Shown: positions 40,223 to 49,843 of the stretch, one piece after another
How positions within the stretch are numbered: position 1 is the first letter of the stretch
Layout: each line of letters begins with the position of its first letter
NCBI GenBank assembly: GCA_041690135.1
Contig: JAWLHY010000003.1
Location: 576,001 to 640,000 of the forward strand
DNA length: 64,000 nt
Direction of reading: 5' to 3'
Source: Armatimonadota bacterium
GTDB lineage: Bacteria > Armatimonadota > SYMT01
Translations under genes and position numbers: made by a program
The notes under the pieces: model-generated
Told to the model about the DNA's origin: nothing
Databases searched by the model: none
What the model saw: the letters and a program-made list of their open reading frames with translations, nothing else

Positions 40223-41205
40223 CGATCCAGCTCCAGGTCCAGAAACGCCTGCCCCACCTGCGGATCGAATTCCGATCCCAGGCCGGCGGCGAGGATGTCT
40301 CGGGCCTGGGAACGTGGCCGCGCCGGACGATAGGCGCGATCCGCGGTCATTGCCTCATAGGCATCGACGACCCGGATGACACGGGAAAGATAGGGAATCC
40401 GGTTGCCGCTGAGGCGATCCGGATATCCCGTGCCGTCTGTGTTTTCGTGATGATGGCGGATAATGGTCGCCACTTCCGAGAGCTGGGCTACTTTCCCGGC
40501 AATCTCGGCGCTCCGAATCGGATGCATCCGCATCAAGGCCCATTCTTCTTCGGTCAGGGGGCCGGCTTTACGGAGGACGTGCTCCGGAACGGCGATCTTT
40601 CCGACGTCGTGGAGAAGCGCAGAGAATTCCAGTACGCGCAGGCGCGCCTCCGGCATCCCCAGTTTGTGCCCAAAGTGGAGCGATATCCGGGTTACCTCGG
40701 CTGAATGACAGGCGGTGTAGGAGTCTTTGGCGTCCACTGCGGCCACCAGGGCTTGAATAGTGCCGTGGAGCATCTCCGTAGTGAGGTCGAGCGTCCGCTG
40801 CCGGTCCCATTCCAGGCGGGCCAGGTTCTGCTCGATCACCCGGTTGAGCTGGGGCATCTCCACCGGTTTGGCGAGGAAGTCGGTCGCACCGGCACCCATG
40901 GCCGAGCGAGCGAGGCTGACCTCGTCGTAGGCGGTGAGCAAGATAAACGGCAAACCTTTCAGGTGCTGGTTGACGAACCCGAGCAGGTCCAGCCCCGTAC
41001 CATCTCCCATCTCATAATCGCAGATCACCAGGCTAAAAGGGCTCGAGGCCAAACGCTCTCGAGCCGCACTGACGCCGGTTGCCGTCTCGGCGTCATATCC
41101 CATCCGGCGCAGCCCCCGGACGAGAAACTTGCGAACCGCTTCATCATCATCCACCACCAGGATCGGCGGCGTGAATGGTACAGAGGTGAGGGGGGATACA
41201 GTCAT
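40219..41205 (-). CDS. Response regulator with HD-GYP phosphodiesterase domain
   Basis: REC domain, LHDVGK, HHENTDGTGYP. Confidence 0.92.
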   Translation of the reverse strand: MTVSPLTSVPFTPPILVVDDDEAVRKFLVRGLRRMGYDAETATGVSAARERLASSPFSLVICDYEMGDGTGLDLLGFVNQHLKGLPFILLTAYDEVSLARSAMGAGATDFLAKPVEMPQLNRVIEQNLARLEWDRQRTLDLTTEMLHGTIQALVAAVDAKDSYTACHSAEVTRISLHFGHKLGMPEARLRVLEFSALLHDVGKIAVPEHVLRKAGPLTEEEWALMRMHPIRSAEIAGKVAQLSEVATIIRHHHENTDGTGYPDRLSGNRIPYLSRVIRVVDAYEAMTADRAYRPARPRSQARDILAAGLGSEFDPQVGQAFLDLELDR

Positions 41206-41414
41206 TCATCACCATTTCAGGGTTCGGGATCCGCGCGACGACGCTCCCTTCCTGTATACCGAACCGGCTCCCCTCTTAGCACACCGGTCTCTCCGCGGCA
41301 GCCGCCTTCCCAGTGGGAACGCCATCCCGGCAACCCTTCGCTTGGGGTAGACTCGCGTCGCGCCTCCCGAAGGTTACCGGGGCGGTCGGGGCAAATCATG
41401 GTCTCATGTTCACC

Positions 41415-42593
41415 ATGCTCCGCGCCTGCACTGCCGCCGTCCTCCTGTTCGGAACCAGCGCGCTCCTCGCGAGTTGCGGCGAGCCACCCGTTGCCCGAGC
41501 CGCCACGGAGCGCGTGGAGCTGGTTCGGGTCCCGGACGGCGGCATCCAGCCGCAGGCGGTTGCCGATGAGCGCGGTACGGCGCACGTGGTTTATCTGAAG
41601 GGGGATCCCGGCGCCTGCGACGTGTTTTACACCCGGCGCACCGGGGCGAGTTGGTCTGTCCCCCTGCGCGTGAACCGCCGCCCGGGGAGCGCGGTGGCGA
41701 TGGGCACGATCCGAGGTCCGCAACTCGCCCTGGGCAAGAACGGCAGCGTCCACGTCGTCTGGTTTGGCTCCCGCCAATCCGGGCTGCAGGGTCCGGAAGG
41801 CAGTGCGCCCCTCCTCTACGCTCGGCTTTCTGAAGGCGGCGGGGCCTTCGAGCCGGAGCGGAACCTGATGCAGGCCAGCACCGCCCTCGACGGTGGTCCG
41901 GGGGTGGCGGCCGACGTCATGGGGAACGTTTATGTTGCCTGGCAGGCCGCCGCGCGCAAGGGCGAGGGCGAAGAAAACCGGCGCCTCTGGATCGCCCGCT
42001 CTACTGATGACGGCAAGAGCTTTTCCCAGGAGACCCCCGCGGGCACCGAGCCGACCGGCGCCTGTCCCTGCTGCAGCACAGAGGTCTTTGCCGACCGCAA
42101 GGGCCATTTATATACCCTCTACCGGATGGCCGCGAACCGGACGGAGCGGGATATGGTGCTCGTGACCTCCGCGAACCAGGGCCGCACCTTCCAGACCACG
42201 CGGATCGATCCGTGGCCGGTGGATTCCTGACCGATGAGCAGCGAGGCCCTCGTCGAGGGCCCGAACGGCGTGTCGGCTGCCTGGGAAACGCAGGGGCAGG
42301 TGAAGTTCGCCCGGGTGGAGCCCGGCGCGGCAAAACTCTCCACCCCCACCGCGGCACCAGGGACCGGCCGAAACCGGAAGCACCCGGTGCTCGCGGTGAA
42401 CGCAAAGGGAGAGACCCTGCTGGCCTGGACGGAGGGAACCGGCTGGAACCGCGGCGGCGCCCTGGCGTGGCAGCTATTCGACGCTGCGGGCCGTCCGCTG
42501 CCGGAGAAGGGCCGCATCGAGGGCGGCATCCCGGTGTGGGGCCTCGCCGCGACGGTGACCCGGCCGGATGGCGGCTTTCTGCTCATCCATTAA
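41415..42593 (+). CDS. BNR/Asp-box lipoprotein, predicted selenoprotein (U272), 392 aa
   Basis: Lipobox LASC, Asp boxes STDDGKSF and SANQGRTF, GACPCC, then WPVDS-TGA(42228)-PMSS continuing in frame to 42593. Confidence 0.8.
42245..42261 (+). promoter_or_regulatory. Candidate SECIS hairpin (BNR gene)
   Basis: GGCCCU-CGUCG-AGGGCC; loop begins 20 nt after the UGA. Confidence 0.6.
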
Positions 42594-42630
42594 AAGAGCA
42601 GGAAGCCGCACCGGGGGTCCGGCACACCCC

Positions 42631-43671
42631 TCAGGCCGCCTGCTTCAGCACCACCTTCAAGGCACCGGTTTCTCCCGCGCGACTGAACACGTCGTAGGCC
42701 TCCATGGCATCCGAGAGGGGGAACGTGTGGGTCGCAAAAAGTGTCGGATCGAAACGCCCCGCCTGGATCAACTTCAGAAGCTGCGGCACGCTCACCGTGT
42801 CCACCAGCCGGGTGGTGATGGTGACGTTGTGGGCCCAGAGCCGCTCCAGGTGCAGGCAGGCCGGCTTACCGTGAACCCCGATGTTGGCGACCCGGCCGCC
42901 GGGCCGCACCAGGTCAGTGCAAAGCTCAAAAGTCTCCGGGACGCCGACTGCTTCCATCGCCACGTCCACGCCGGCGCCGCCGGTCAGCTCCATCACCCGG
43001 TCTCGGGTATCTTCGCTACTTCGAAGGGTTACGTCCGCGCCGAACTGGCGGGCGAGCTCCAGCCGGGCTTCTTCCAGGTCGATGGCGATGATCCGGCTGG
43101 GGCTGTAGAGCCGGGACAGCAACACCGCCGCCAGGCCGATCGGTCCCGCGCCCACGATCGCCACGACGTCGCCGGGTTTTACCTGGCCGTTCAGCACGCC
43201 GCACTCATACGACGTCGGGAGGATATCGGCAAGAAAGAGCACCTGCTCGTCGGTCAGCTCGTCCGGGACTTTGTAGAGACTGGTTTCCGCGTAGGGAACG
43301 CGCGCGTACTCGGCCTGGAGGCCGTGGATGAGATGGCCGAAGAGCCAGCCGCCGTGGCGGCAGTGGGAGTACATCCCTTCACGGCAGTAGTCGCAGCGAC
43401 CATCCGCTGTAATCGCCGGGATGAGCACCCGGTCGCCCTTCTTGAGGCCGGAGACGCTGGGGCCGATCTCCTCCACCACGCCCACCGCTTCATGTCCCAG
43501 AACAGTACCCGGCACCACTTCCGGAACGTCGCCTTTCAGGATGTGGAGGTCGGTGCCGCAGATGGTCGCGGTGGTAATCCGGACGATGGCGTCTGCGCCA
43601 GACTCGATCCGGGGATCTTCCACCCGCTCCCACGTCTTGCGGCCGGGCCCGTGAAAAACTACAGCATGCAT
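42631..43671 (-). CDS. Zinc-dependent alcohol dehydrogenase (MDR family)
   Basis: ICGTDLH, GHEAVG, GAGPIG. Confidence 0.92.
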   Translation of the reverse strand: MHAVVFHGPGRKTWERVEDPRIESGADAIVRITTATICGTDLHILKGDVPEVVPGTVLGHEAVGVVEEIGPSVSGLKKGDRVLIPAITADGRCDYCREGMYSHCRHGGWLFGHLIHGLQAEYARVPYAETSLYKVPDELTDEQVLFLADILPTSYECGVLNGQVKPGDVVAIVGAGPIGLAAVLLSRLYSPSRIIAIDLEEARLELARQFGADVTLRSSEDTRDRVMELTGGAGVDVAMEAVGVPETFELCTDLVRPGGRVANIGVHGKPACLHLERLWAHNVTITTRLVDTVSVPQLLKLIQAGRFDPTLFATHTFPLSDAMEAYDVFSRAGETGALKVVLKQAA

Positions 43672-43844
43672 GGCTCTCTCCTATCCTGTAGGGAAGGTTT
43701 GCAGGGATATTACCCGCAGGATACCCGTTGGCGGAGAGCCTGATCGCGGTTTGTTCCGCGGATAGGCGCATCCGAGGTAGAGAAAGCCCTGGGTCCGGTG
43801 AACCCGGGCCCAGGGAGTGCAAGTGTGCCGAAGGGGACTGCGTT

Positions 43845-44324
43845 TTAATCAGAGGCCCGGTAGACCCTCCGGTAGCCAGCTACGCGGGCCTCTCCGGCAG
43901 GCCACATGATATAGCCGTAGGCGTGGCCGGAGCGGTTGTAGGGATTGCCCCGGAGGTTGGCGAGTTTACGCGACGTGATAATCCGGATGCGGCTCACCAT
44001 GACCCGACGCGGGTCATCCATCACGCGTCCCTCAGCCCGGACCCACTGCCCGTCGTCGAACCCGTCTTCGTCGACCTTCTCGCCATTGGGTCCCTTCAGG
44101 ACATAGGCATCCCCGAAGTGCAGTGTGTAGTCGGTCCGGCTGCGGCCGACGGCGATTTGCATCTTTTGCTCGTTCAACGTCCCTTTGGGCGGGCTGCTGA
44201 TCTGTCCCACGACCACGACCGGAGTGCCTTCCGGCAGGTGCGGAGTGGGACCACTCCGCGCTTCCATCCCCCGGCCGCACAGCAGCAAGCCGGTCATTAG
44301 AGCTGACGCGAGAACTGCACGCAT
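43845..44324 (-). CDS. Secreted hypothetical OB-fold-like protein
   Basis: GGAGGAG RBS, signal peptide, GQWVRAEGRV. Confidence 0.6.
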   Translation of the reverse strand: MRAVLASALMTGLLLCGRGMEARSGPTPHLPEGTPVVVVGQISSPPKGTLNEQKMQIAVGRSRTDYTLHFGDAYVLKGPNGEKVDEDGFDDGQWVRAEGRVMDDPRRVMVSRIRIITSRKLANLRGNPYNRSGHAYGYIMWPAGEARVAGYRRVYRASD

Positions 44325-44467
44325 CGTCTCCTCCATGCATGGAAGTGGGGCTCCGGAAACCCGCGAGATTGCAGTGTTCGTCCGAAGCCCCATTCTGCTG
44401 CGCATTTCCCCACGCCGCCCCCACCTCAAACGAGCGCAAGCGGAGCGAAGATGGGCACTACCGGGGG

Positions 44468-44929
44468 TTACTTACCCGCCTTGGCCTTGTCGTGGCCTTT
44501 GTGCTTTCCGTGGCTATCGTGCCCCTTGTGCAAACCGTTGTCGGCATGGACCTTGTGAAACTTCCCGGGATGGGCATGGAAGGTCTTGCGAGTCTGCGCG
44601 TTCGCGAAGAGGAAGAGCGCCCCCTGGTGCTCCATCCTCGGGCTCTTCGCCGTAAGGGTAAACGGCTTCCCGCTCACCGGGTCCTTAGCCTTCTTCAGGT
44701 ACTTCGCCGGGTGCTTCTTGATCTCGTCGATGCAGCCGGGGCAGCAGACCGGGACCCGCTCGTTGTTCACCATCAGGGCCGGCGCTTTCGCTGGGTGGGC
44801 CACCGGGGCCTCCATCACGGGACAGATGACGGCGCCCTTCGCATTGGCCTTCTTGTCGGCGGAGGCCGACCCGCCGAGCACGATCGTGGCCAGCAGGGTG
44901 GCGGAAAGGATGATCAATCGTCTGGTCAT
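44468..44929 (-). CDS. Secreted double YHS-domain protein with His-rich tail
   Basis: CPVM...CCPGC...PAKY; DPVSG...FLFAN; HKGHDSHGKHKGH. Confidence 0.8.
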   Translation of the reverse strand: MTRRLIILSATLLATIVLGGSASADKKANAKGAVICPVMEAPVAHPAKAPALMVNNERVPVCCPGCIDEIKKHPAKYLKKAKDPVSGKPFTLTAKSPRMEHQGALFLFANAQTRKTFHAHPGKFHKVHADNGLHKGHDSHGKHKGHDKAKAGK

Positions 44930-45013
44930 GGTTCTTTCTTTCGGTTGAGGGAGCCGCGGGCCGACCTTCCGGATCGGTCCGCGACTTTAAGGTGGTAGGG
45001 ATCTGCGGCGGTG

Positions 45014-46348
45014 TTAGCGCACCGCCACCTGCCCCTTGTACATCTCCATGCCGCAGGTGAACGGCACCATGCCGCTCTTCTTCGGCGTAAAAGTCACTAC
45101 GGTCTTCTGGCCCGGCTTCAGCTTCCGCTTGATCCCCAAGCTGGGGAACTGGAGGACCTCGCCGCAGCCGGCCTTTTCCTTCAATACGAACGTCAGGGCA
45201 ACCGGCTGACCCGCCTTCACGCTGACCTTCGCCGGCAAGTACTCCCCATCGATGACCACCGTGGCTCGCTGGGCGCCCCGGCTGGTTGCCGCCGGCGTGG
45301 TCTTCGCAACGGATCCCCAGAGGTCCTCGGCCAGGAACGTAAACGGCACCGTATAGACCCGGTTGTTGTGAACGAACTGCGCCCAGGTCTTATAAAGACC
45401 CCCCGTGGGCACGGTGAGCTTGAAGGAGAAAGAAGGTCCCTTCTCCGTCACCATTGCGGGCGTCACCCGGAACGGCTCTTTCTCTCCGTGCATGGATGGC
45501 TGCGAGGGCGACGTCAGCGCGTGGGTATGCACCACTTCCTGTCCGTTCTGGCTGATGGCGAGCAGGTGGCCCATCGCCCCGATGAACGGCTGCATGTTCC
45601 GGACCGGCCTCCCGCGCCGGTCCTTGACCGTGTAGGTCAACAGGGCCGGCCTCTCCATCCGCAGCGGCTCCCCCTGGATCTTCAGCTCGAAGCGGAGGTC
45701 CCCTACCTGCATCACCCGCTTCGCACTGGGCGAAAGGGCTACCGTCCGCCCCTCGCCTCCGCCAATGGTCAGCGGAAGCGGGATCACCTGGTTGTCGCCG
45801 TCCGACGGGGTGAAGTCGGCGTAGAGCGTGTACTCGCCGGGCACCGGGAAGGTCCAGGTCTTCCGGAAGACTCCGTCCTCGCCCCGCACCGGGTGCTGGT
45901 GCTCAAACCAGCGGAGATCGCGCGTCACCATCAACAGGTGGAACAGGCGCTCATGGATCACCTCGAAGTCGGTGACGAGCTTGCCACTCTCTTTGTACTT
46001 GACGGCGAAGGCCAGCTCCACGGGCTTTCCGGCCACGGGGTTGGGAGATGTCTCGAGCTCGACCGTATATTCGTGCAGGTCGCCCTTCTCGAGTAGAGCC
46101 GCCAGCTTCTCGTATTTCGCCGGCTCCCCTTTGAACTTGACCACGCACTGCTGCGAGCAGAAGTAGAAGCTCTTGTTTCCGAGCTTGTGCTTCCACTTCG
46201 CCGTGTCGGAGTCGACCGTCATCCGGCAGACCGGGTCCTTCACATCGTGCGCGGATGCCGGGGCGCCCCCCGCGAACAAGAAACCCAGCGCGACGACCGC
46301 CCCCAGAGCCCAGCGACTCCAGCCTCTCTGCATCGAGTGTTTCATCAT
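45014..46348 (-). CDS. Secreted YHS + His-rich beta domains + cupredoxin-like protein
   Basis: DPVCRM...FYFCSQQC; HERLFHL..HQHP; GAMGHL..HTH; C-terminal GC...FTCGMEMYKG. Confidence 0.85.
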   Translation of the reverse strand: MMKHSMQRGWSRWALGAVVALGFLFAGGAPASAHDVKDPVCRMTVDSDTAKWKHKLGNKSFYFCSQQCVVKFKGEPAKYEKLAALLEKGDLHEYTVELETSPNPVAGKPVELAFAVKYKESGKLVTDFEVIHERLFHLLMVTRDLRWFEHQHPVRGEDGVFRKTWTFPVPGEYTLYADFTPSDGDNQVIPLPLTIGGGEGRTVALSPSAKRVMQVGDLRFELKIQGEPLRMERPALLTYTVKDRRGRPVRNMQPFIGAMGHLLAISQNGQEVVHTHALTSPSQPSMHGEKEPFRVTPAMVTEKGPSFSFKLTVPTGGLYKTWAQFVHNNRVYTVPFTFLAEDLWGSVAKTTPAATSRGAQRATVVIDGEYLPAKVSVKAGQPVALTFVLKEKAGCGEVLQFPSLGIKRKLKPGQKTVVTFTPKKSGMVPFTCGMEMYKGQVAVR

Positions 46349-46371
46349 CTATTCCTCACCAAGCGTTCACG

Positions 46372-47304
46372 TTAGAAACCGTAAGAGTAGCCGGCGATCA
46401 CTCGCAGGCGGTCGCGCGGGGTACCGTCCCAACCGGCGATGTCGGACTGGATTCCGAAGTCCACGACCGAGCGGACTCCCACCTGCTTGCGGAACCCGAG
46501 GCCGATGCCCACGACTCCACCAGTACCGCGTTCCTCACCCGCCCGCACGGAGAGCTCCGCGAGGGCGGTCGAGTCGAAGCGGGTCGGGTACCCCACGGGG
46601 CGGCTGTAGCCCAGCACCACACCGGGGACGAACTGCCGCTCATCCCGCGCCGCGCCGGGGATGCCGGCGAGGTCCAGGTTCACGTGGAACCGGCCGTACT
46701 GCCCCGCCTGGCGGCTGGCGATGCCCCGCAGCCGGAAGGCCACCCCCTTCGCGTCTCTTCCGGTCGGGGCGAACAGGTCCGCCCGCAGAGAGAGCGCCGG
46801 GGTGTTGCCATACTGCCGATTGAAGTTGTGGAACAGCCCCACCGACACATCGCCCGGATCGAACCGGGTGTCATCCGTGCCGGCCCGGCCACCCACGCTC
46901 GGCTCAAACCCGACGTGGAGGTGGCTGTTCATGGCGAAGCCGTAGAGGTACTCCGCGTCCAGTCCTACCCCCAGCGGCCGGTTCCGTGGCCAGCCCAGGT
47001 TCAGCCCGAACTCCAGCGCCTGCTCCCGGAAGGCGATCGCCTCCGCGTCGTCGAACGAGAGCGGCCGGTGCGCGTCGATGTTGTTGTGGTCGACCGCGTG
47101 AGCCGATGTGGCGCTCGCGAACGCCGTCACGATCGCCAATCCCCAGGTCAGGATCCGCCGAGCGTTCGGGTGGGTGATGCGTATTGCGTATTGCGTAAGG
47201 GCTCGAACCCTCACACTTCCACACTTCCACCCCCCCATACTTCCGCACTCTCTGGCCGTCCGGAAGCCCAGCCACCGGCTTGTAGCCGATTTCAGCCCCT
47301 TCAC
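46372..47304 (-). CDS. Putative outer-membrane beta-barrel protein
   Basis: AHA-VDHNNID, amphipathic strands, terminal GYSYGF. Start uncertain because short tandem repeats lie in the 5' region. Confidence 0.7.
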   Translation of the reverse strand: MKGLKSATSRWLGFRTARECGSMGGWKCGSVRVRALTQYAIRITHPNARRILTWGLAIVTAFASATSAHAVDHNNIDAHRPLSFDDAEAIAFREQALEFGLNLGWPRNRPLGVGLDAEYLYGFAMNSHLHVGFEPSVGGRAGTDDTRFDPGDVSVGLFHNFNRQYGNTPALSLRADLFAPTGRDAKGVAFRLRGIASRQAGQYGRFHVNLDLAGIPGAARDERQFVPGVVLGYSRPVGYPTRFDSTALAELSVRAGEERGTGGVVGIGLGFRKQVGVRSVVDFGIQSDIAGWDGTPRDRLRVIAGYSYGF

Positions 47305-48890
47305 TTCGCACCTCGCACTTCGGTCCGATACGGGTTCTCGACGGGACCGCGGGCCGGAGCGTAGGTGTCCGGCTCCTTCCCTTCACGTTGCGCCCACTCG
47401 TCGAAGGAGAGTGCTTTCGCCTCCTTCAGCTTGGGGTGGGCCTTCACGTAGGCCTCGAAGGCGGCCCGGGAGGTGAAGGCGCGGCTCCACTCCTCGCAGC
47501 CGGTGTGGCTCTCTTCCTGCTCCAGGAACACCGCCCCCGGGGTGGAGGTCTTCAGGTTCCCCTGCTCATCGGAGATCACCACCAGCACCCGGTCCGGGTT
47601 CTCGGTGGGGATCCGCAGGATCGCCCGGCCTTTGGTTTCGGCCGACATGTCGCGAGCGCAGAGAACGCACCGTGTGCGCATCGTCCACCCGTCGGCACTG
47701 ACCGCCGCGTTCCGCCATGCCTCATTGCCCTCCCACAGCGGCATGGAGCAGTGGTGGCAGTCCGCCATGCTCATCCAGCCCAGTTCGGGCATCCACATCA
47801 ACTCCGGGGTCATGCCCTTCATCATTCCCATGCCGGGCATGCCCACGAAGTGCCGGTGGTCGTGCAGCCGGTCCGCCGACTCCGTCCCCGGCTTCTCGCC
47901 CCGGTGGGCCTCGGCGGAGACCATCCAGATGGCGAGCTTGATCTGCTCTTCCTTCTCCCGCTCCGACAGCCACTCCGAGGCGAGGATGTCGTTCACCATG
48001 TCGTGGAGCATGTGCAGGTTATCGAAGGCGTTGGCGATGTGCGGGAAGCGCGCCCCGAACACCGGGCTGACTTCCGCGAACATCGGCATGAACGGCCGGT
48101 CCGTGCGGTACAACTCCACCTTCCGGTACTGCTCTCCCGCCAGGTCGTAGGAGGCCTTCTGGTCCTCCGGCGCAACCCGGTAGAGCAGGTCGTACATCGC
48201 TCCCTGGAGCCAGTGGTACCCCCAGAAGAGTCCGTTCACCTTCGGGTAGGTGTTGCGGAACTTCTGACTGTACGGCTGGCTGTACAGGTAGTCCATGTTC
48301 AGCGGCAGAGGCGTGACGGCGTACGGCACGCTCTCGAAGTAGTACTTCCAGAGCCGCTCGATCTCGCGGTCCTTCTCCGCCTGCGTCAGTTTCTTGCTGG
48401 CGAGGACGTCGACCGTCTGGGCATGCAGGATGTGGGTCCAGTCGAAGACCTGCTCCAACACGCCGTACTTGCGCACGAACGTGGGCGAGAGGGCCGCCTC
48501 GTCGGGCATGAACTTCGGCGGGTCCTTCAGCACCCGGTCGATGCGGGCGAAGGTCTTCGTCTCCAACCGGCCCGCTTTGCCGGTCACCAGGTCCTCGTAG
48601 GCCATCGCGTGCCCTACGGAGACCCCGTTCAGGTCCCGCGCCAGCCGGGGCAGGTTGTAGACGTCGAAGTTGTACCGGCCCCGCTTGTAGAAGATGTGGT
48701 TCTGCTTCTTGTTGTCCAGCCACCCGGGCAGGTTCTCCGGCACCCGCGGCAGCGCTTCCCGCCGTTGTGCGGCGCTGCTCCCCGCCTCTCCCGGCCCTGG
48801 AACCCTCTCAACCACCTGCGCCGCGCCAGCCCCCAACGCCAGCGAGAGTAGAAGAGCACCCCCAGCTAACGAACTTGGAAATCGGTTCAT
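47301..48890 (-). CDS. Secreted His-rich helical protein with C-terminal NosL/MerB-like Cys domain
   Basis: GHAMAYE, HILH, HWLQ, FDNLHMLHD; Met-rich linker; CHHC...RCVLC...HTGC. Confidence 0.7.
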   Translation of the reverse strand: MNRFPSSLAGGALLLSLALGAGAAQVVERVPGPGEAGSSAAQRREALPRVPENLPGWLDNKKQNHIFYKRGRYNFDVYNLPRLARDLNGVSVGHAMAYEDLVTGKAGRLETKTFARIDRVLKDPPKFMPDEAALSPTFVRKYGVLEQVFDWTHILHAQTVDVLASKKLTQAEKDREIERLWKYYFESVPYAVTPLPLNMDYLYSQPYSQKFRNTYPKVNGLFWGYHWLQGAMYDLLYRVAPEDQKASYDLAGEQYRKVELYRTDRPFMPMFAEVSPVFGARFPHIANAFDNLHMLHDMVNDILASEWLSEREKEEQIKLAIWMVSAEAHRGEKPGTESADRLHDHRHFVGMPGMGMMKGMTPELMWMPELGWMSMADCHHCSMPLWEGNEAWRNAAVSADGWTMRTRCVLCARDMSAETKGRAILRIPTENPDRVLVVISDEQGNLKTSTPGAVFLEQEESHTGCEEWSRAFTSRAAFEAYVKAHPKLKEAKALSFDEWAQREGKEPDTYAPARGPVENPYRTEVRGAK

Positions 48891-48952
48891 CCCATTTTCC
48901 TTTTTCTTATTCCGCGTCTTCCGCGTTTTCCGCGGGCAGAAATCGGGTGCCC

Positions 48953-49450
48953 TTATTTCGCGAGTTCGAGCATCTGCTCGAGGTTGAGCGGCTTCGCATC
49001 CTTCAGCAGGGCGGGGTTCGCCTCTACCCACTTCTGGAAGGCGACCTGGGTAGTCAAGGCGCGGTAGCCGAGCTCGCAGCTCCGGTGGCTCACCTTATGG
49101 CCCACGAACACGGCCGTCTCGGGAGCCACGCTCCAGGTCCCTCCTTTCCGGGTCAGCAGGACCGGTTTGCCCTTGATCTCGGAGGGAGCCAGGATCGTGA
49201 CGTCGCCCTTGTAGGTCTTTGCATCGGTGAGGGCGCACCACACGCACCGGTACTCGATCCGCTTGCGGCCGAACTTGAGCGCTACTTCGTTGTCGAGCTT
49301 ATCCGTGTCCTGAACCACGTCCAGCTTGCACACCGGGCACTTCGCCTCATGGGCCAGGGCCGGGCGCTGGTCGGAATTCAAGACTGCGCCGCCGAGCAGC
49401 GCAGCCAGGGTGCCGGCCAGCAACGTCCGGCGGTGGAAAACGGTCTTCAT
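48953..49450 (-). CDS. Tat-like exported NosL/MerB-like Cys protein
   Basis: GAGGAG RBS, RRTLL leader, CPVC...RCVWC...HRSC. Confidence 0.7.
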   Translation of the reverse strand: MKTVFHRRTLLAGTLAALLGGAVLNSDQRPALAHEAKCPVCKLDVVQDTDKLDNEVALKFGRKRIEYRCVWCALTDAKTYKGDVTILAPSEIKGKPVLLTRKGGTWSVAPETAVFVGHKVSHRSCELGYRALTTQVAFQKWVEANPALLKDAKPLNLEQMLELAK

Positions 49451-49843
49451 CGCTATCTCCTCAATCCGGTCTGAAACCCGCATGGTCAGAGCCGGAGGTT
49501 CTCGCATGGATCAGTTCTCGAACCCCATTCGAGCCGCTCGGCTATCGCCGTGTGGATCACGCGCCCTGTTCCGGCGGAACTGGCCCGGATGGGACGGGAG
49601 CCGCGGACGGCACGAGAGCATGCTCCGGGGACCTCTGCAGCACGCACCGAGACGCAATGGGGCCTCGGATAGGCAGCTAGAGGGATACGGCGGCAGCGCC
49701 CTTCATCGGATCACAGTTTCTGACCGGGTGCGGCGGAATCCGGGACTATGCCGGGTCTCCCGGGTATGGGAGTAGAGGCTTCGTCCATTCAACCGCGGGA
49801 ACAGACCCGTGGAACGATCAGGCGCAGAAACACCCGCTGGTGA

